From positions 32,001 to 96,000 of the forward strand of contig JBFWNW010000002.1 in assembly GCA_050250855.1 (NCBI GenBank): DNA of 64,000 bases, written 5' to 3'. A program made the translations under genes and the position numbers. The DNA comes from Candidatus Babeliales bacterium (GTDB lineage Bacteria > Babelota > Babeliae > Babelales > JACPOV01). Numbering within the stretch: the first letter of the stretch is position 1; the number at the start of each line of letters is the position of its first letter. Below are positions 57,712 to 64,000 of the stretch, piece by piece. The notes under the pieces were generated by a model, which was not told the origin of the DNA, did not search any database, and worked only from the letters and a program-made list of their open reading frames with translations.

Positions 57712-58560
57712 TTACTGAACAAATGCTTCTTTTTTTAACCAGCTTCCTGCCCAATGGTGCACCGCATATGATTCAGGTTTTTGCCATTCTGAGGCAGGGG
57801 TTCCTCGTTGTTCATAACCACATGGGTAAAAGTAACTAGCGGGAAAAGCTACGATACGAAATTCTTGCATCATAGAGGGAACATATTTTAAAAAAAGTTT
57901 AGTAAAAAACAAAGGACCCGTTCTTAGTATAATCTGAATCTCATGAGATGAATTACGCAACTCTTCAATACATTTTTGCAATAATGGATGATGAGGAATA
58001 GACGCTATTAAAGCATTGTTAAGCTGGACCATATTGGTATCCAAAGGTTGAATACCGGTGTAAAAATCATAAATACATAAAGAATTCATTGATTTTAAAC
58101 ATTCAAAATCGGTATCAATGTAAATACCCCCAAATTGCTCTAAAATTTCATAACGCCAAATATCAGACTTTTCACCATAATTCTTTGAAGCATCAAATAG
58201 ATCTTTATTACGCCACGCAAATGATGCTACATCTGCATCTGTCCATAATTTATATTCCCAGCCAGGATTATGCTTCAACCAGCTTTCTTGATAAGCGCGG
58301 TATTTTTCAGGAAAAGGACTACCAAGCCAAATTTGATGTATTATTTTAGGGATACGAACAGACGTCGGCACAATTCTTGCTGGTGAAAATAAGTTATATA
58401 AACGCTCAAAAAAGTTTTTAAGCATCATATTATTATTCTTTTCAAGAATATGTTTATATGAATCAGCTTGCATTGATGTATTAAAATCTACCCATATAAA
58501 ATTTTCCTGTGCACAAACTAAAGAACTAAAAAGAAACGTTATGCTTAATAGTTTTTTCAT
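57712..58560 (-). CDS. GT32 (Och1/Sur1-like, DxD) glycosyltransferase with signal peptide
   Basis: IPKIIHQIW, SDIWRYEIL..GGIYIDTD, TGP, HHWAGSW. Confidence 0.9.
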   Translation of the reverse strand: MKKLLSITFLFSSLVCAQENFIWVDFNTSMQADSYKHILEKNNNMMLKNFFERLYNLFSPARIVPTSVRIPKIIHQIWLGSPFPEKYRAYQESWLKHNPGWEYKLWTDADVASFAWRNKDLFDASKNYGEKSDIWRYEILEQFGGIYIDTDFECLKSMNSLCIYDFYTGIQPLDTNMVQLNNALIASIPHHPLLQKCIEELRNSSHEIQIILRTGPLFFTKLFLKYVPSMMQEFRIVAFPASYFYPCGYEQRGTPASEWQKPESYAVHHWAGSWLKKEAFVQ

Positions 58561-58562
58561 AA

Positions 58563-59594
58563 TTATACCCTTGCTTGTTTATAAGATTTTTCTGGTACAA
58601 CCTTGTGCGCTAAATACCAAAAATATGCTTCCTTTAAACCATTTTTCAATGAAGTTTTTGCTGTCCAACCAAGCTGTGAAATTTTATCAACATTTAATAC
58701 TTTTCTTGGCGTGCCATCTAAAGTATTGATATTAAAAAGGATTTCTCCTGCATACCCAACGATCTCTTTAATTAAAGAAGCTAGTTCGGCAATTGTTATA
58801 TCTTTACCGGTCCCAATATTAATATGACCCGATTCTTCATAACTATTCATTAAAAATAAGCATGCTTGCGCTAAATCATCGACGTATAAAAATTCTCGCA
58901 ACGCTTTACCCGTTCCCCATAAAGAAACTGACGGTTTATTTTCTTCTTTTGCTGCATGAATTTTTGCAATAAGTGCAGGAATAACGTGCGATGATTCAAA
59001 GTCAAAATTATCATGAGGACCATAAAGATTTGTTGGCATACAAGAAATAAATTTTGTACCATATTGCCTGTTATAGCTTTTGCATAAAAGTATGCCGGCA
59101 ATTTTTGCAAGCGCATACGGCTCATTTGTTTTTTCAAGTTCATCGGTCATTAAATACTCTTCTTGTATTGGTTGAGGACAATTACGAGGATAAATGCAAG
59201 AAGAACCTAAAAATAAGAGCTTTTTAACGCCATTGGTATACGATGCATGAATAATATTTGCTTCAATCATAAGATTGTCATAAATAAATGAGGCTGGAAA
59301 ATCATTATTTGCTTTAATGCCGCCAACTTTTGCAGCAGCCAAAAACACATATTCCGGTTTTTCTTGGTTGAAAAAATCATGTACCGCTGCTTGGTTGCGC
59401 AAATCAAGTTCTGCAAAACTACGCGTTATAAGGTTAGTATATCCTTCAGCTTGCAACGCTCGCATTAAAGCAGAGCCAACCAACCCCTGACCTGCTATAT
59501 AAATTTTTGCCTGCTTGTCCATATGTGCTTCACTAACACCAGTAAAAAGATTAAAAATCAAGCCTATACTCATTATCTTTGTTACGTAGTTCAT
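58563..59594 (-). CDS. fcl: GDP-L-fucose synthase with apparent signal peptide
   Basis: [42 protein letters not shown]; start 59594 has AGGAG SD with 6-nt spacer. Confidence 0.95.
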   Translation of the reverse strand: MNYVTKIMSIGLIFNLFTGVSEAHMDKQAKIYIAGQGLVGSALMRALQAEGYTNLITRSFAELDLRNQAAVHDFFNQEKPEYVFLAAAKVGGIKANNDFPASFIYDNLMIEANIIHASYTNGVKKLLFLGSSCIYPRNCPQPIQEEYLMTDELEKTNEPYALAKIAGILLCKSYNRQYGTKFISCMPTNLYGPHDNFDFESSHVIPALIAKIHAAKEENKPSVSLWGTGKALREFLYVDDLAQACLFLMNSYEESGHINIGTGKDITIAELASLIKEIVGYAGEILFNINTLDGTPRKVLNVDKISQLGWTAKTSLKNGLKEAYFWYLAHKVVPEKSYKQARV

Positions 59595-60783
59595 GAGATT
59601 CTCCTGATAATTTTTGAGCTGCAATGTAGATATTTGAGCCGGTTGCCTCACTTTTTAATTCCCATGCAATTTGTTCTAAATCTGCATCCATCATTAGACA
59701 AACTAAATCTTTAAAGGTTGTTTTTGGCTCCCAACCAAGAAGTTTTTTTGCTTTGCTAGGATCACCCAGTAAAATTTCAACTTCAGTCGGTCTGAAATAA
59801 CGAGGATCAACCGCTATCAACAGCTCACCAGTTTTTTTATTGTATCCTTTTTCCTCAGCACCTATACCGCGCCATTCTACCGTAATACCAACACGTTCAA
59901 ATGCTAATTCAACAAACTCTCTTACGGTATGCGTTTGTCCGGTTGCAACAACCCAATCTTCAGGCTTTTCATACTGTAAAATAAGCCACATTGCTTCTAC
60001 ATATTCTTTGGCATAGCCCCAATCTCGTTTTGCATCAAGATTACCTAAATAAATAGGATCTTTTTTACCTAAAGAAATTGCGGCTACCGCACGCGTAATT
60101 TTTCTGGTTACAAAGGTTTCGCCACGTAAAGGAGATTCATGATTAAATAAAATACCATTTGCAGCAAACATGCCGTAGGCTTCTCGATAGTTTACCGTTA
60201 TCCAATAGGCATAAAGTTTTGCAACACCATAGGGAGAACGTGGATAAAAAGGGGTCGTTTCTTTTTGAGGAATTTCTTGTACGTTGCCATACATTTCTGA
60301 AGTTGATGCTTGGTAAAATTTCGTTGTTTTATCAAATCCGGTTACACGCAATGCTTCTAATAAACGCAAGGTACCTATGCCATCAGCATTTGCTGTATAT
60401 TCTGGCACTTCAAAAGAAACTTTTACATGAGATTGTGCTGCAAGATTATAAATTTCATCAGGCTTAATTTCTTGTATCAAACGAATAAGATTGGTAGAAT
60501 CGGTCATATCACCAAAGTGTAAAAAGAAATTTCCTTTCTTTTTATTATGAGGATCACGGTATAAAGGATCTATGCGATGCGTATTAAACATTGATGAACG
60601 ACGTTTAATGCCATGAACTTCATACCCTTTACCCAGTAAAAATTCAGCCAAGTAGGCCCCATCTTGACCAGTTATACCGGTAATTAAGGCAACTTTTTTC
60701 TTCATACTCTGCTCTCCTGCAAAAAAAGTACTGAATCCTAAGCAAGCTACTGCAACAAAAATTTTTTTATAAGAGTGCTTCAT
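59551..60783 (-). CDS. gmd: GDP-mannose 4,6-dehydratase with apparent signal peptide (second possible start at 60705)
   Basis: [50 protein letters not shown]. Confidence 0.97.
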   Translation of the reverse strand: MKHSYKKIFVAVACLGFSTFFAGEQSMKKKVALITGITGQDGAYLAEFLLGKGYEVHGIKRRSSMFNTHRIDPLYRDPHNKKKGNFFLHFGDMTDSTNLIRLIQEIKPDEIYNLAAQSHVKVSFEVPEYTANADGIGTLRLLEALRVTGFDKTTKFYQASTSEMYGNVQEIPQKETTPFYPRSPYGVAKLYAYWITVNYREAYGMFAANGILFNHESPLRGETFVTRKITRAVAAISLGKKDPIYLGNLDAKRDWGYAKEYVEAMWLILQYEKPEDWVVATGQTHTVREFVELAFERVGITVEWRGIGAEEKGYNKKTGELLIAVDPRYFRPTEVEILLGDPSKAKKLLGWEPKTTFKDLVCLMMDADLEQIAWELKSEATGSNIYIAAQKLSGESHELRNKDNEYRLDF

Positions 60784-60798
60784 ATCCTATTTCCTTTT

Positions 60799-61827
60799 TT
60801 ATGTATAATGATGGCTATTTTTTTCCCGTAATTGATGCAAAATATGTTTTACTTTATCTGTCTGATCTCGCTTCGCTATTAAAAGAACATCATCTGTTTC
60901 TACAACACATAGATCTTCAACGCCTATAAGTGCTACGAGCTTTTTTGGCACCTGAACAATATTATTAGCTGCGTGCAATTCAATAACTTCTGTTTGCTGT
61001 TGGCTATGCTTTTTGTGCAAAGAAAGAAATATTTCTAAGTTGCCAACATCTGACCATGTAAAAGAGCAGGGCTGTACATACACGGCATTACTTTTTTCTA
61101 ATACCGCATAATCAATAGAAATATTTTCGGCATCTTTGTAATCTGCTTTATGTTCAAAAAAATCACATACCACCTTATATAGCTGTTGGGCATGACGATT
61201 GTATTCTTCTATAAAAACAGAACTTTTGGCACAAAAAATACCTATATTCCATAACATGGTATCCATGGTACTATATACATCCGCCAATTGCGCTGAAGGT
61301 TTTTCATGAAAACGAGAAACTTTTACAACATCATTTTTTTGCGCTGCCATTTCTATGTAGCCATAGTTTGTTGCGGGAAAATCAGGACGAATTCCTAACA
61401 ATGTTATGGCATCATGAGCTTGCGAAAATTCTAACGCATTATTTAAATGTTTGGCAAATTGGTCATCTTCTACAATAAAAGCATCAGCAGGTAAAAAAGC
61501 TATAATTGCTGAAGGGTCTTTTTGTTGAATATAAAGCGTAGCCAAAAGTAATGCTGGCGCTGTATTGCGGCCAATTGGTTCAGACAAAATGCCGCCTATA
61601 GAATCTCCCAAAAGACTTTTAATAGAATCAACCTGCTGCTCAGTTGTCATAATAAAAATATTATGTTTTTCAACAATTAAAGAAGCACGCATAACAGTAC
61701 GCTCAAGCAAAGAATTTTGATCATCAAGAGAGAGCAGCTGCTTTGGCTTTTTCTCTCTACTCAAAGGCCATAAACGCTCACCTTTGCCTCCAGCTAAAAT
61801 AACAATATAGCGTGATGTTATATCCAT
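60799..61827 (-). CDS. manC: Mannose-1-phosphate guanylyltransferase, no signal peptide
   Basis: ILAGGKGERLWPLSR..PKQ, EPIGRNTA, YGYI, EKP, SIDYAVLE, WSDVG. Confidence 0.95.
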   Translation of the reverse strand: MDITSRYIVILAGGKGERLWPLSREKKPKQLLSLDDQNSLLERTVMRASLIVEKHNIFIMTTEQQVDSIKSLLGDSIGGILSEPIGRNTAPALLLATLYIQQKDPSAIIAFLPADAFIVEDDQFAKHLNNALEFSQAHDAITLLGIRPDFPATNYGYIEMAAQKNDVVKVSRFHEKPSAQLADVYSTMDTMLWNIGIFCAKSSVFIEEYNRHAQQLYKVVCDFFEHKADYKDAENISIDYAVLEKSNAVYVQPCSFTWSDVGNLEIFLSLHKKHSQQQTEVIELHAANNIVQVPKKLVALIGVEDLCVVETDDVLLIAKRDQTDKVKHILHQLREKNSHHYT

Positions 61828-61833
61828 AACTAT

Positions 61834-62547
61834 TTATTTTTTTCTTCGTTCAAAAAACAAACGACAAAATGTTTTAGCTGCTTCTTTCATAATTGCTACT
61901 GAAAGCTTTGAATCGCCATGAATTCTATTACGTGCATGAATCGGAATTTCTGTTATACGCAAACCATCCTCTTTAAAGCGATACAGTGATTCAATGCAGA
62001 AAGAAAATCCTTTTGAACTTACTTTTTTATAGACATGAGGCTTTAATTTTTGTACAGAATATAAACGGTAAGCACCGGTACAATCGTACGGCATACCAAG
62101 GCCTCGTTTAATTAAATTTCGCCAAAAGTAAGTAAATGGTAAACGAATTCTTCCCCAACCGCTCATGCCACCGCCATGAATATAGCGTGAACCAATAACG
62201 ACATCATGAACATCTCTTTTTTCAAAAAGAGCAGGAATATAACGCGGATCGTGCGTAAGATCTGCATCCATCGTAATTAAAAATTTATAATTATGTTTTT
62301 GCGCATATTCAAATGCCTGCACGTGAGCCGTTCCTAAACCAAGCTTTGCAGGGCGATGCATAACATGCACAGAAGGATCTTTTTTACTTAAATCATCAAG
62401 AACTTTTCCGGTGCCATCTGGAGAATTATCATCACAAAAAAGAATATCAACATCTTCTTTGTGCTTCTTTATTTCTTCATACAAAATTAAAACATTGTCA
62501 CGTTCATTATAGGTGGGAACAAAAACTAAAACTTCATTTTTTTGCAT
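61834..62547 (-). CDS. Polyprenol-phosphate mannosyltransferase (Ppm1/DPM1-like GT2)
   Basis: PTYNERDN, DDNSPDGT, GLGTAH, MDADLTHDP, GSRYI.GG, D.TG.YR. Confidence 0.88.
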   Translation of the reverse strand: MQKNEVLVFVPTYNERDNVLILYEEIKKHKEDVDILFCDDNSPDGTGKVLDDLSKKDPSVHVMHRPAKLGLGTAHVQAFEYAQKHNYKFLITMDADLTHDPRYIPALFEKRDVHDVVIGSRYIHGGGMSGWGRIRLPFTYFWRNLIKRGLGMPYDCTGAYRLYSVQKLKPHVYKKVSSKGFSFCIESLYRFKEDGLRITEIPIHARNRIHGDSKLSVAIMKEAAKTFCRLFFERRKK

Positions 62548-62556
62548 AGTATAAAC

Positions 62557-63909
62557 CTAGTGAATCAATTGGTACGTAATAATAGTATTTTCTTTCTTTG
62601 CACAACGATATGCAACAACCATACCAAAAGCAGAAAAAAGGATAAAGAAGTATTCAAACATCATCCGATAGCGCGCACATCCGTCATGTCCTGTTATAAA
62701 GGAAAAATAAAAAATTGAAATAATGACAAAGCTAACTATAAAATAATATTTTTTATGCCATAGAGCATAAAGGCCGATCATGATAAAAAATAGTTGCAAT
62801 ACCATCCAGAGTAATTGTAAAAATGCAATAATATGTATTAAACGCGATGAAGTGCCATCAACTACATAATGGTAAAAACGATTATATAAAGAGCCTGACT
62901 TTGAAAAAAATGATGTTTCCGTACCTTTTAACGATGGATTTACTAAAAATTTAAGTTGATTCGTATACAAAGCACCTACCGTCTTTATCATGTTATGCAA
63001 CCAAATACGTACAACTAATACTGGTTTTTCATAAAAATAAGAATGCATCAATGCTTTTGGTTTATTCCAACGCGTATGATCATTATGATGTTTACCATCC
63101 ATTAACGTACCGACCTGAACTAATCCTTCTGCCCATGAGATACCTTGGTCATGTGCTATAACTTTTGCCAAAAAATAAAAATAAATATTTTCATGCATTA
63201 AAGGGGCAATTGTCATAGAACCAAATTGATACTTATTGTGTAGCATATAACCAGCAACAGGAATATAAAAACAAAACAAGCACAGTAAAATGGCATTCAA
63301 TACTTTTTGTCTCTGTAAATAAGCATGTAGCCCGACAAAAAAGATTACTATGAAAATATAAAAAAGCGCTACCGGTTTTACCGCAACTGAACAACCATAC
63401 AATAAGCCTGCTAGGGCTAAAGAAGATAAGCTAGACGTTTTAAAATACGTACATAAACGCTCAAGAGAAGCTATCAAGAAAAATGCTAAAAGCACTTCTG
63501 TGAGCATAAATTGACTGTATATTAAAAAACCAAGATTAAAAGATCCTAACAAAACAGTTACTTGTGCAACATGTTCATCAAAAAGCATGTATGCTATGCG
63601 ATAGAGCAACAATAACGCTAAAAGGCTTAGCAAGATTTGTGCAATAATGACCCATGTGTGATGAAAACCAAATAACTTATAAATACTACCTAGAAAAAAT
63701 GGGTACCCTAATGTTTGAACGGGAATAATGGATCCTCGTTGAGGATCCATTAATTGATTATCTGTTGCAAAATAGTTGCCTATTGCCACATATCCTGATG
63801 AATCAAGATCACAATGAGCTTCATAGGCAGGATTTATCCTATACAAACTGTAGGATAATAAACAAAAAATAACTATCGAACAGAGTAAAACTATTTTTGT
63901 ACTATTCAT
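62557..63909 (-). CDS. ArnT/PMT-like GT-C membrane glycosyltransferase
   Basis: DS..Y in first loop, GYPFFL, LTE, VKP, many TMs, C-terminal ARYR. Confidence 0.75.
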   Translation of the reverse strand: MNSTKIVLLCSIVIFCLLSYSLYRINPAYEAHCDLDSSGYVAIGNYFATDNQLMDPQRGSIIPVQTLGYPFFLGSIYKLFGFHHTWVIIAQILLSLLALLLLYRIAYMLFDEHVAQVTVLLGSFNLGFLIYSQFMLTEVLLAFFLIASLERLCTYFKTSSLSSLALAGLLYGCSVAVKPVALFYIFIVIFFVGLHAYLQRQKVLNAILLCLFCFYIPVAGYMLHNKYQFGSMTIAPLMHENIYFYFLAKVIAHDQGISWAEGLVQVGTLMDGKHHNDHTRWNKPKALMHSYFYEKPVLVVRIWLHNMIKTVGALYTNQLKFLVNPSLKGTETSFFSKSGSLYNRFYHYVVDGTSSRLIHIIAFLQLLWMVLQLFFIMIGLYALWHKKYYFIVSFVIISIFYFSFITGHDGCARYRMMFEYFFILFSAFGMVVAYRCAKKENTIITYQLIH

Positions 63910-64000
63910 TGATTGATTTCTTGATTACCTCCTCCTTGGCAGGCAAGCTTATCAACAATCAGCGTTATTTCTGCTACGCGCATTAAACGTTCTATGCTAA
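63906..64000 (-). CDS. 3' end of an upstream CDS (partial)
   Basis: Open frame ...SIERLMRVAEITLIVDKLACQGGGNQEINQ* ending in an ATGA overlap with 62557..63909. Confidence 0.5.
   Translation of the reverse strand, partial: SIERLMRVAEITLIVDKLACQGGGNQEINQ

Noticed and set aside
59595..59651. Longer fcl start (MRQPAQ...) in the track
   Set aside because: Lies deep inside gmd; the AGGAG SD points to 59594.
3008..60467. Many 60-105 aa ORFs in the track overlapping long genes (e.g. 5414..5665, 29981..30340, 44027..44344, 60159..60467)
   Set aside because: Antisense or alternate-frame shadows of well-supported genes, with no recognisable motifs.

Overview
AT-rich bacterial window with no rRNA, tRNA, CRISPR array or transposase that I could see. 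Gene content and the many short Lys-hydrophobic N-termini suggest a host-dependent, probably intracellular bacterium, most resembling Ca. Dependentiae/Babelota (TM6); this is an inference, not a database result. Layout: two M16 peptidases and a deoxynucleoside kinase (1-4.8 kb); a surface-glycan region (4.9-24.6 kb) made of a cytoplasmic GT/AsnB/Wzx block, an opposed block of four signal-peptide enzymes, and a GtrB-like plus triplicated GT-C-like block; Trx and a TrxR-Trx fusion; a compound palindromic element; housekeeping genes (glyA, efp, nusB, pyrD/E/F, an AsnRS-like paralog, murI, ndk, rpsA, DEAD helicase, csaA, ogt, rng); and a minus-strand operon of at least 16.4 kb (47.6-64 kb) for GDP-fucose synthesis and glycosyl transfer. 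The main observation is that 13 consecutive genes of that operon, including gmd and fcl, begin with apparent Sec signal peptides or anchors. Several belong to families best known from the eukaryotic Golgi (GT10, NodZ/FUT8-like GT23, GT32, STELLO-like). A dNK, Trx, TrxR, GH1, two HAD-like proteins and one M16 peptidase also look exported. Together this suggests an extracytoplasmic, Golgi-like fucosylation system fed by host or periplasmic cofactors. All signal-peptide and family calls were made by eye.
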